Positions 39,921 through 48,442 of a DNA stretch of 64,000 nucleotides are shown piece after piece (position 1 is the first letter of the stretch; each line of letters opens with the position of its first letter). Origin of the DNA: Candidatus Latescibacterota bacterium (GTDB taxonomy: Bacteria > Latescibacterota > UBA2968 > GCA-2709665); the NCBI GenBank assembly GCA_965248435.1, contig OZ252100.1, positions 3,872,001 to 3,936,000 on the forward strand, written 5' to 3'. Made by a program: the position numbers and the translations under genes. The notes under the pieces are model-generated. The model made no database searches and was not told the origin of the DNA. It saw only the letters and a program-made list of their open reading frames with translations.

Positions 39921-41348
39921 GTGTCAACAAAGCGGCCCAACGTAGTGCTGATCATGTGCGACGAGCTCCGCCACGACTGCGGCGGTTTCGCGAATCACCC
40001 GCTGGTTCGCACACCGAATCTGGACCGGCTCGCCGAGAACGGCGTCGTGTTCGAGAACGCGTATTGCGCGACGCCGGTCTGCTCACCGGCGCGAGCGAGC
40101 TGGCTGACCGGGCTCTACCCGCACGCGCACGGTCAGCTCGTCAATTACGGACCCGGAAGGCTGCTCGGGCGGCCGGGGTCCGAGATGCGCTCGGACTGTG
40201 TCACGATCGGGGACGTGCTCAAACGTGAGGGCTACCGATGCGGCATCGTGGGTCCGTGGCATCTGGGGCAAGACCATCAACCCCAGCACGGGTTCACCGA
40301 TTTCTGGCGGGCGGTGGGTTACCAGGGCGACAACCCGGATCCCTGGCAGGAGTACCTCAAACGGGAATCGGTGCCTGACATCAATTCCGCGGGCACGATG
40401 ACGGACGACGGCTTTATGATGAAATACGCAACGCTGACCGACCCGCGCCAGCAGCGGACCACGTGGATGATCGATCGCACATTCGACTTCCTGGACGGGC
40501 GGGACGACGGGGCGTTCTTTTTGTTCCTCAGCGTGAAGGACCCGCACCCGCCCATCATCGTTGCCCCCGAACTCGTGGAGATGTATCCGGAAGACCGGAT
40601 CGAGTTGCCGCCCACTTGGGCCGATCCGCTGGACGGCCGGCCGGACTACCTGCACGCGGAGGTCGGTCGACTGAAACCGGATGTGAAGGAAGCGACCTTC
40701 AAGCGGATGATGGCGCACTACTTCGCGCTGGTCACGCATATCGACCGAGAAGTGGGACGGCTGATCGACCGGCTTCGAGCGCTGGATCTTCTGGATCATA
40801 CGATCGTTGCGTTCATCAGCGATCACGGCGAGATGCTGGGCGACCACGGGTTTACGAGCAAGCGGGTATTCTACGAGGGCTCCGTGAGGGTGCCCTGCAT
40901 CCTTTCGTGGCCGGACGGGCTCCCTGCAGGCCTCCGAATCGGGACCCCCCTCGGAGGGGTGGACCTGATGCCGACGCTGCTGGAGCTGGCGGGTGCCGAG
41001 CTGGAGTCGGAGATTGACGGCCGCAGCGTCGCAGAGCCTGTGGCCGGCGGTCGTGAGCCGGACCCGGTTCCGGTCTTCTCAGAGATTTCATCCTGGAAGG
41101 CCATCTCGGCACTGAGCGAGGATCCGGCGGAGCTGGCGGTCCAGATGATGGTCCTCGACGGCTCGTGGAAATACATACGGAACCGGTTCGACGAGGACGA
41201 GCTCTACGACCTCGAGACGGATCCGAACGAGATCACTAATCTCGCCGGGCAACCCGAGCAGGCGGATCGCATCTCGGATCTGCGAGAGAAAATCCGATCG
41301 ATGCTGGGCCGCACGGGTCCGGGACCTTATGACTGGTGCCTTTCATGA
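39921..41348 (+). CDS. Sulfatase
   Basis: PNVVLIMCD, CSPAR (formylglycine motif), SDHGEMLGDHG, ELYDLETDPNE. Confidence 0.93.
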   Translation: MSTKRPNVVLIMCDELRHDCGGFANHPLVRTPNLDRLAENGVVFENAYCATPVCSPARASWLTGLYPHAHGQLVNYGPGRLLGRPGSEMRSDCVTIGDVLKREGYRCGIVGPWHLGQDHQPQHGFTDFWRAVGYQGDNPDPWQEYLKRESVPDINSAGTMTDDGFMMKYATLTDPRQQRTTWMIDRTFDFLDGRDDGAFFLFLSVKDPHPPIIVAPELVEMYPEDRIELPPTWADPLDGRPDYLHAEVGRLKPDVKEATFKRMMAHYFALVTHIDREVGRLIDRLRALDLLDHTIVAFISDHGEMLGDHGFTSKRVFYEGSVRVPCILSWPDGLPAGLRIGTPLGGVDLMPTLLELAGAELESEIDGRSVAEPVAGGREPDPVPVFSEISSWKAISALSEDPAELAVQMMVLDGSWKYIRNRFDEDELYDLETDPNEITNLAGQPEQADRISDLREKIRSMLGRTGPGPYDWCLS

Positions 41349-41353
41349 GGGAA

Positions 41354-41406
41354 CGGGTACCGGGAATCAAACACGGGTACCGGGGATCGGGTACCGGGTA
41401 CCGCAA
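41354..41406 (+). repeat. GGGTACC repeat, left arm
   Basis: Same motif after stop codons near 15648, 26299, 34695, 37424, 39646, 45223, 48229, 50216, 53974, 56176, 59019 and 60245. Confidence 0.92.
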
Positions 41407-41429
41407 GAATCAGTTCTGAGACAGGAGAT

Positions 41430-41798
41430 ATGAACGTAAAGAGCTACAAGGACCTGGAGGTATGGAGAAAGGGTATTGAGATTGTAGATCTCGTGTATGA
41501 TATCACGGCTCAGTTTCCGAAGGAAGAAACGTATGGTTTGGCTGCGCATATGCAAAAAACGGCGATCTCCATACCATCCAACATTGCAGAGGGCCATGCC
41601 CGACAGCACACCAGAGAGTATCAGCAGTTCTGTCACATCGCGTTGGGTTCGTGTGCTGAATTGGCAACACAGTTGACGATCGCAGAACGACGTAGTTATG
41701 TGTGTGGTGAAAACCTATCGAAATTGGAGGAGGAATTGGACCACGAGACTCGAATGCTCCACAACTTGATAAAGAGTCTTAAGGATAAGTCGCGCTAG
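41430..41798 (+). CDS. Four-helix-bundle protein (23S rRNA-IVP/bAvd-like family)
   Basis: SYKDLEVWRKG, FPKEETYGL, SIPSNIAEG, IALGSCAEL; RBS AGGAG; lower GC. Confidence 0.93.
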   Translation: MNVKSYKDLEVWRKGIEIVDLVYDITAQFPKEETYGLAAHMQKTAISIPSNIAEGHARQHTREYQQFCHIALGSCAELATQLTIAERRSYVCGENLSKLEEELDHETRMLHNLIKSLKDKSR

Positions 41799-41830
41799 GA
41801 ATCTCAAATTTGAAATCAGGACAAATTGGT

Positions 41831-41879
41831 TTTTCGAACCCCGGACCCCGGTACCCGGTACCCGGTACCCAAAATCGGG
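41831..41879 (-). repeat. GGTACCC repeat, right (inverted) arm
   Basis: TTTTCGAACCCCGG..(GGTACCC)n..AAATCGGG; also at 27265, 32875, 34843, 37587 and 54126, each shortly before a start codon. Confidence 0.92.
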
Positions 41880-41918
41880 TAGCTGACCACTTGGTGGCGA
41901 TGAGGAGGGCTATACAAG

Positions 41919-43424
41919 ATGAGGTTGGAAGTTCCCGGCTCGGAACTGATCGTGAACATCGGGACGCGAAAGCAGCTGTTCATCGATGACTATATCCTCG
42001 AGCGGAGTCGATGGATCACGCCCCGACTCGCCGAGACGGCTCGCTACATTCAGCCCCCGGCGCGAGACCGGAGCGATCTGGACGGATGGACGGAGGGGGT
42101 GGATCGGATCGCGGGAGACGTTCCGGGTCACCTGATTCGGGCGACATCCTTCGTGACGCGGACCCTGAATCAGCCTCAGCGGTTCGAGGGCAACCCGGTC
42201 ATGAAGCGTGCCTATCCGTGGGAGGGGAAGTCAGGGCCGTGGCCGACGAGCATCATCTACGACGAAGAGGAAGGCATCTGGAAGATGTGGTACAATGGCC
42301 TGACCCTGGAGGACGTCCCGGTCGAAAGGTTTCTCTACAGGTGTCTCTACGCCACCTCCAAGGACGGCATCAGCTGGGACCGGTCGCCCCTGGGCCTGCA
42401 CAAGGACGAAGACGGCAACGATACGAACGTCTTCTACTGGGGCAAGGGACAGTATATCCTCAAGGACAAAGAGGCCGATCCTTCCAGGCGGTACAAGATG
42501 GTCTACTCCACGCGAGGAAAGGAGGGGCTGCAGCAACCGATGGTCCAGCATTCCCCGGACGGCCTTCACTGGACGGAGGATCCCGGGCCCTTTAGCCACG
42601 GCCGTGGAGATGAAAACCTGAGCGTGATGTATGACCCGGTGAGCAAGAAGTATGTCGGGATCTGCCGCAACGTCTATCCTAAACCGATGCTGGTCCACAG
42701 GACGGAACGATCCATCTTCAGGATGCAGAGCAATGATCTGATCCACTGGTCCACACCCCTGCCGATCATCGACAGGGACGAGCTGGATCCGCTGGATTTG
42801 GACTTCGAGGGGATGTGGGGGATGTACTATGAGGGCATGTACCTGGGCTTCCTGAGGGTCAGCCACACCGCGCCCAGCTCGATGGACAGCTGGTTCGCCC
42901 ACAGCAGAGACGGGTTCCACTGGCAGAGGCCGAGGACCGGGCCGTTCTTTACCTGGGGACCGGAGGGGAGCTGGGACTCGAAATCGGTGTCGATCTTGAC
43001 CCACCCGAATCGGGTGGGCGACGAGCTCTGGGTCTACTATTCGGGGTCGAACCACGAAGACACGGCTGTTGGGCTGGCCAAGCTGCGTCTGGACGGGTTC
43101 GTGTCGATCGATGCCCCTCCCAACACTCGCCATCCGAAGAGCAGCCCGGCCACGCTGATGACGAAGCCCCTCTACTCTCCCGGCAATCGGCTGGTGATCA
43201 ATGCGGAAGCTCCCGAGGGCAGTATCGAGGCCGAGTTGTTGAGCGTGGATGGCGTCGTCATCGATGGTTACTCGAGGGAAGACTGCGACAGCTTCAGAGG
43301 AGACAGCCCCGCGCATACCGTCACGTGGAAAGGGAGGGGGGATATAGGAGAGGGTATTCCTGTGAGGATTCGTTTTTATATGGAGAAGGCGAAGCTTTAC
43401 GCATTGCAGATTCCCAAGACGTAA
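41919..43424 (+). CDS. Beta-propeller glycoside-hydrolase-like protein, paralog 4
   Basis: Full-length similarity to paralogs 1-3. Confidence 0.75.
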   Translation: MRLEVPGSELIVNIGTRKQLFIDDYILERSRWITPRLAETARYIQPPARDRSDLDGWTEGVDRIAGDVPGHLIRATSFVTRTLNQPQRFEGNPVMKRAYPWEGKSGPWPTSIIYDEEEGIWKMWYNGLTLEDVPVERFLYRCLYATSKDGISWDRSPLGLHKDEDGNDTNVFYWGKGQYILKDKEADPSRRYKMVYSTRGKEGLQQPMVQHSPDGLHWTEDPGPFSHGRGDENLSVMYDPVSKKYVGICRNVYPKPMLVHRTERSIFRMQSNDLIHWSTPLPIIDRDELDPLDLDFEGMWGMYYEGMYLGFLRVSHTAPSSMDSWFAHSRDGFHWQRPRTGPFFTWGPEGSWDSKSVSILTHPNRVGDELWVYYSGSNHEDTAVGLAKLRLDGFVSIDAPPNTRHPKSSPATLMTKPLYSPGNRLVINAEAPEGSIEAELLSVDGVVIDGYSREDCDSFRGDSPAHTVTWKGRGDIGEGIPVRIRFYMEKAKLYALQIPKT

Positions 43425-43485
43425 GTGCCGTGGATTGTGGATCGTGAATCGTGACTGGGAAAAGCAGGTGGTCCTGATACGCGGG

Positions 43486-43672
43486 TTCGCCAGCAGGAGC
43501 TGGCCACGAAAATGTTATGCCAACACCGTGAATCTTTTTGTCGCCAACGGGAGTTGGCTCCTACCGGATAATATTTCCAAATTCATTCGGTAGGAGCCGT
43601 CTCCTGACGGCGAACAATTTGATCACGGTGGGTTGTCTCTGACAACCGTACCCGCCGCCTCCCGGCGGCGAA
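43486..43672. repeat. 187-bp REP/REPIN-like element, copy 2
   Basis: Near-identical to 27033-27219. Confidence 0.88.
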
Positions 43673-43700
43673 TATCGGATGATAAGGAGGGTCATACCAG

Positions 43701-45203
43701 ATGAGATTAGAAATCCCTGGTTCAGAACTGATCGTGAACGTCGGGACGCAAAAGCAGCTGTTCATAGATGACTATATCATCGAGCGGTCGCGGTGGATCA
43801 CGCCCCGACTCGCCGAGACGGCCCGATATATTCAGCCCCCCGCGCGAGATCGCAGCGATCTGGACGGATGGACGGAGGGGGTGGATCGGATCGTGGGAGA
43901 CGTCCCGGGTCACCTGATCCGGGCGACCAGCTTCGTGACGCGGTCCCTGAATCATCCGGAGCGGTTTGAAGGCAACCCGGTCATGAAGCGTGCCTATCCG
44001 TGGGAGGGGGAGTCTGCGCCGTGGCCGACGAGCATCATCTACGACGAAGAGGAAGACATCTGGAAGATGTGGTACAACGGCCTGACCACGGTGGACGTTC
44101 CGAAGCGGGCGTGGCATTATCGGTGTCTCTACGCCACCTCCAAGGACGGCATCAACTGGGATCGGTCGCCCCTGGGGCTGCACAGGGACGAAGAGGGCAA
44201 CGATACGAACGTCTTCTACTGGGGAAAAGGGCAGTATATCTTCAAGGACAAAGAGGCCGATCCTTCCAGACGGTACAAGATGGTCTACTCCACGCGAAGC
44301 AAAGAGGGGCTGCAGCACCCGATGGTCCAGCATTCCCCCGACGGCCTTCACTGGATAGAGGACCCCGGCCCTTTCAGCCACGGACGTGGGGATGAAAACC
44401 TCGGGGTGATGTATGACCCCGTAAGTAAGAAGTATGTCGGGATCTGCCGAAACGTCTATCCTAAACCGGTCCTGGTCCACAGGACGGAACGGTCCATCTA
44501 TAGGATGCAGAGCAATGACCTGGTTCACTGGTCCACGCCCGTGCCCATCATCGACAGGGACGAGCTGGATCCGATGGATATGGACTTCGAGGGGATGGGG
44601 GGGATGTTTTATGAGGGCATGTACCTGGGCTTCCTGAGAACCAGCCACACCGCGCCCACCAAGATGGACAGCTGGTTCGCCCACAGCAGAGACGGGTTCC
44701 ACTGGCAGAGGCCGAGGACCGGGCCGTTCTTTACCTGGGGACCGGAGGGGAGCTGGGACTCGAAATCGGTGACGATCTCGACCCCGAAACGGGTCGGGGA
44801 CGAGCTCTGGGTCTTCTATTCGGGGTCGGACGACGAAGACACGGCTGTTGGGCTGGCGAAGCTGCGGCTGGACGGGTTCGTGTCGATCGATTCCCCTCCC
44901 AACACTCGCCACCCGAAGAACAACCCGGCCACGCTGATGACGAAGCCCCTCTACTCTCCGGGCAATCGACTCGTGATCAATGCCGAGGCCAACCAGGGCA
45001 GTATTGAGGCCGAGTTGCTGAGCGTGGATGGTTTCGTGCTCGATGGTTATTCGAGGGAAGACTGCGACAGCTTCAGCGGAGACAGCCCCCCGCATACCTT
45101 CACGTGGAAAGGAAATGCGGATCTAGGAGAGTGTCTTCCTGTGAGGGTTCGTCTTTATATGGAGAAGGCGAAACTCTACGCGTTGCAGATACCTCAGGGT
45201 TAA
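43701..45203 (+). CDS. Beta-propeller glycoside-hydrolase-like protein, paralog 5
   Basis: Very close to paralog 4. Confidence 0.75.
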   Translation: MRLEIPGSELIVNVGTQKQLFIDDYIIERSRWITPRLAETARYIQPPARDRSDLDGWTEGVDRIVGDVPGHLIRATSFVTRSLNHPERFEGNPVMKRAYPWEGESAPWPTSIIYDEEEDIWKMWYNGLTTVDVPKRAWHYRCLYATSKDGINWDRSPLGLHRDEEGNDTNVFYWGKGQYIFKDKEADPSRRYKMVYSTRSKEGLQHPMVQHSPDGLHWIEDPGPFSHGRGDENLGVMYDPVSKKYVGICRNVYPKPVLVHRTERSIYRMQSNDLVHWSTPVPIIDRDELDPMDMDFEGMGGMFYEGMYLGFLRTSHTAPTKMDSWFAHSRDGFHWQRPRTGPFFTWGPEGSWDSKSVTISTPKRVGDELWVFYSGSDDEDTAVGLAKLRLDGFVSIDSPPNTRHPKNNPATLMTKPLYSPGNRLVINAEANQGSIEAELLSVDGFVLDGYSREDCDSFSGDSPPHTFTWKGNADLGECLPVRVRLYMEKAKLYALQIPQG

Positions 45204-45623
45204 TATAGAGGATGTGAGTATCCGGGTACCGGATACGGTAGATCGGCTACAGAGACCTGACGGTTTAGGTGCGACGCAAGCGTCGCCCCGGGGGAACCGA
45301 AACACGGGTACCGGGTACCGCAAAGGCAGATGGTCACCACATAGGGATTGAAAGTTATTTTGGAATCCGACCTGAAGTGTTAAGTTAGAAGGAAAAAAAG
45401 GGGGGTATCTGTCTCTCATTTGCAAATTGTTGAGTTATCATACGAATAAATGATAGGTTAGGGCTTTTGTGGGCTGCAGAATGCTTGTCCTTGAAACTTG
45501 GAAGAAGAGGTCTTGCGAAGTCGTCGTACCGCAGTCCGGAACCGCGGAGGCCGGCTTCTCGTTCTGAAGCGCGACTGATCGCATGAATAAATCTCTCAGG
45601 ATTCGTCTGGTCTCCACTCAACG

Positions 45624-46598
45624 ATGGAATACTCACGACTAGGGTGCGCCGGGGTCAAGGTCTCCAGGATCGCCCTGGGTCTCGGCTTCAGAGGCCAGTC
45701 CTCGGTTGTCGAAGCCCAACGCGTCATCGAGCACGCCATAGACTCTGGCGTGAACTTCATCGACTGCGCCAACTTCTATCGCGTCGGGGGTTGGGAGGGG
45801 AGCGGGCCGCTGTCCGAGGAAGTCCTTGGCGCCGTCCTCGAGACGAGGCGTGAAGAGGTCGTGATCACTTCGAAGGTCTTCGGCAGAGTCGGCCCTGGCG
45901 TGAACGACAGAGGCAGCTCCAGGGTTCACATCCTGTCAGAAGTAGAGGAGTCGCTGAATAGACTGCGCACTGACCATATCGACGTTTACCTGCTTCATAG
46001 ATTCGATGAAGAAACGCCCATCGACGAAACGATAAGGGCCCTGGACGACCTCGTGACCTCGGGCAAGGTGCGCTACATCGGGGTCTGCAACTTCAAAGCC
46101 TGGCAGGTGTGCAGGGCCTTGTGGGCCGAGGACAGTATCGGCGCCGACCCGCTCGTGACCATCCAGAACCCCTACAGCCTGATGGACCGGGCACTGGAGG
46201 GAGAGATGTTCGGCCTGATCCGAGACCAGGGCCTCGGGGCCATGGCCTACAGTCCGCTCGGCGTCGGTCTGTTCAGCGGCCTCTACGCACCTGGCGATCC
46301 ACCGCCCGCCGGCTTGGCCGCGAAGGAACGTGCCCGCTTCGACCGCTTGCTTTCGGGCCAGGCTCCTGCGATCATCGAGGTCCTGCGTGACATCGCTGGC
46401 CAGCGAGAAAAGACCCCGGCACAGGTCGCCCTCAACTGGGTCATATCGAAGCAGGAGATCACCGCTGCGATCTCTGGCAGCGACACGATAGAGCAACTCG
46501 ATGAGAACCTTGGGGCAGTCGGTTGGGACCTGTCCGAGGACGAGATCACCAGGTTGGACCAAGCATCCGAAGGCATCGAAAGCAACTTTTCTGTATGA
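45624..46598 (+). CDS. Aldo/keto reductase
   Basis: GVNFIDCANFY, LRTDHIDVYLLH, GKVRYIG, YSPLGVG. Confidence 0.92.
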   Translation: MEYSRLGCAGVKVSRIALGLGFRGQSSVVEAQRVIEHAIDSGVNFIDCANFYRVGGWEGSGPLSEEVLGAVLETRREEVVITSKVFGRVGPGVNDRGSSRVHILSEVEESLNRLRTDHIDVYLLHRFDEETPIDETIRALDDLVTSGKVRYIGVCNFKAWQVCRALWAEDSIGADPLVTIQNPYSLMDRALEGEMFGLIRDQGLGAMAYSPLGVGLFSGLYAPGDPPPAGLAAKERARFDRLLSGQAPAIIEVLRDIAGQREKTPAQVALNWVISKQEITAAISGSDTIEQLDENLGAVGWDLSEDEITRLDQASEGIESNFSV

Positions 46599-46772
46599 TT
46601 GTTAGTGGGAAGAAACTGCGTAAATTAGATTCTTTCCGGCGCTGTCGTAGGTAAAAATCAGTCCAGTCCCTAGTGTGGATGACGCAAGATCGACTACTAC
46701 CCCCCCGCTACTGTTTACTACCTGTAATCGCCTTACCTGAATTAAGTCACTTACCTGTGTTTTCTTAGAGGC

Positions 46773-46959
46773 TTCGCCAGCAGGAGCTGGCCACGAAAAT
46801 GTTATGCCAATACCGTGAATCATTTTGTCGCCAACGGGAGTTGGCTCCTACCGGATAAAATTTCCAAATTCATTCGGTAGGAGCCGTCTCCTGACGGCGA
46901 ACCATTTGATCACGGTGTGTTGTCTCTGACAACCGTACCCGCCGCCTCCCGGCGGCGAA
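46773..46959. repeat. 187-bp REP/REPIN-like element, copy 3
   Basis: Near-identical to copies 1 and 2; diverged partial copy at about 51272-51440. Confidence 0.88.
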
Positions 46960-46999
46960 GGGCAAAACATCGGGTTTTGCGTCCAGGCCCGTTTGTCGT

Positions 47000-47111
47000 G
47001 TAGTCGCACCCTTCAGGGTGCGGCAGGTTTTAGGTCCAGGTGTAAGCATGCGGTACCACGAACTGAAAACGATCCCCCACGAGGGTGCCGCAGGCTAAAG
47101 CCTGCGACTAC
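47000..47111. repeat. Second GTAG-type inverted REP pair
   Basis: GTAGTCGCACCCTTCAGGGTGCGGC ... GCCGCAGGCTAAAGCCTGCGACTAC. Confidence 0.75.
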
Positions 47112-47167
47112 ATTGATGCATTTCGGGGTTCTGCCGCCCTTATTCTTAATGTGAAGAGACCCTACCG

Positions 47168-48223
47168 ATGAACAAAGACTTGCCGAGTCACCGAGCTTCC
47201 CGCGAAAAGGTCAGGTCGGTGATGGGCTGCGACAATCCGGACCCGGTCCCCCTGTACATGCCGGCCATCTACGAACACAAGGCATGGTTCATCGACGACA
47301 CGCCGTCGAATGTTTCGCGGGATACAGATCTCTTTGAAAAGGCGGTGATCACTGAATTCGAACAGATCGGCCCGGACGCGCTGACGATCGGGATCGACGT
47401 CTACAACCTCGAGGCTGAGGCCGCGGGCTGCTCGGTCAAATTTTACGAGGGGGATGATACGAGCATCCCCGGCATCCGGCCCGGTGACCACATCATCAAG
47501 CTGGGTGACGACGTAGTCAACCGCCGAGTGCCGAACCCCTTGTCGGACGGGCGAATGCCGATCAACATCGAGGTTGCCCGCCGTGTGGTTGCCGAACTGG
47601 GCGACGAGGTATGGATACGCGGGGCGGTGTCGGGGCCGTTCTCACTGGCAATCAGCCTCATGGGTGCCGAGGATCTGTTCCTCACGACACTGGACGATCC
47701 GAAATTCGTACACGAACTGCTCGCCTACGCGGGGCGCATCATAAAAACATTTGGTGAGGCGTACATGGACGTGGGCGCCGATGTGATCGTGTTCGACTCC
47801 CAGGCCTCGCCCGACCTGTTGTCACCCCAGATGTATGCAGACTATGTGACGCCCGTGATGCAGGACCTGAACCGCCACTTCGCCGAGCTGGGGGTAGCGC
47901 ACGTGCCGCTGATCATTGGCGGCAATACCACGCGCCTGATCGATGCCCTGCTCTCGACCGGCGCGAACAACCTGCTATGCGATTTCACGGCGGACTGGCC
48001 GACCTGGTTGGAAAAGTGCCGAAGCGAGAATCGAGCACTCCGTCGCAATTTGGACCCTGCGTTCATTCAGAAGTCCGATCCCGATCAAATCCACAATGTG
48101 GCTAAGAGCGTTGTTGAGGAGGGGGAAGGCTACGGCGGGTTTATCGTTGGGACGGCTGTCGTGCCCTATGGAACGCCGACGGCGAATTTACTGGCTGTTA
48201 AGCAGGCCTGTGTAGAAGCGTAA
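47168..48223 (+). CDS. Uroporphyrinogen decarboxylase-family protein (MtaA/CmuA-like fold)
   Basis: EAEAAGC, GPFSLA, SPQMY, NLDP, VPYGTPTANL. Confidence 0.8.
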   Translation: MNKDLPSHRASREKVRSVMGCDNPDPVPLYMPAIYEHKAWFIDDTPSNVSRDTDLFEKAVITEFEQIGPDALTIGIDVYNLEAEAAGCSVKFYEGDDTSIPGIRPGDHIIKLGDDVVNRRVPNPLSDGRMPINIEVARRVVAELGDEVWIRGAVSGPFSLAISLMGAEDLFLTTLDDPKFVHELLAYAGRIIKTFGEAYMDVGADVIVFDSQASPDLLSPQMYADYVTPVMQDLNRHFAELGVAHVPLIIGGNTTRLIDALLSTGANNLLCDFTADWPTWLEKCRSENRALRRNLDPAFIQKSDPDQIHNVAKSVVEEGEGYGGFIVGTAVVPYGTPTANLLAVKQACVEA

Positions 48224-48442
48224 AGGACCGGGTACCGGGAAGGCAAAACACGGGCCCTCACCCTGCCTCGCGGAGTTTATCCTGAGCCTGCCGAAGGGCT
48301 CGGCATCCCTCTCCCATAAATGGGAGAGGGAACAAACATCTCGCAGAGCTTTCCTCCCCTCTCCCACGTGTGGGAGAGGGGCCGGGGGTGAGGGCCTTTT
48401 AAAATCCAATATCCAATATTCAAGGGCGACAGGAGGGGTGAC

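Noticed and set aside
27322-45203. Diversity-generating retroelement acting on the paralogs (bAvd-like gene present)
   Set aside because: No reverse transcriptase in the window; paralog differences are mostly third-position changes and indels, not adenine-specific; no TR/VR pair seen
46602-46772. Possible minus-strand gene remnant cut by the REPIN
   Set aside because: Protein-like, but no family recognised; too weak to call
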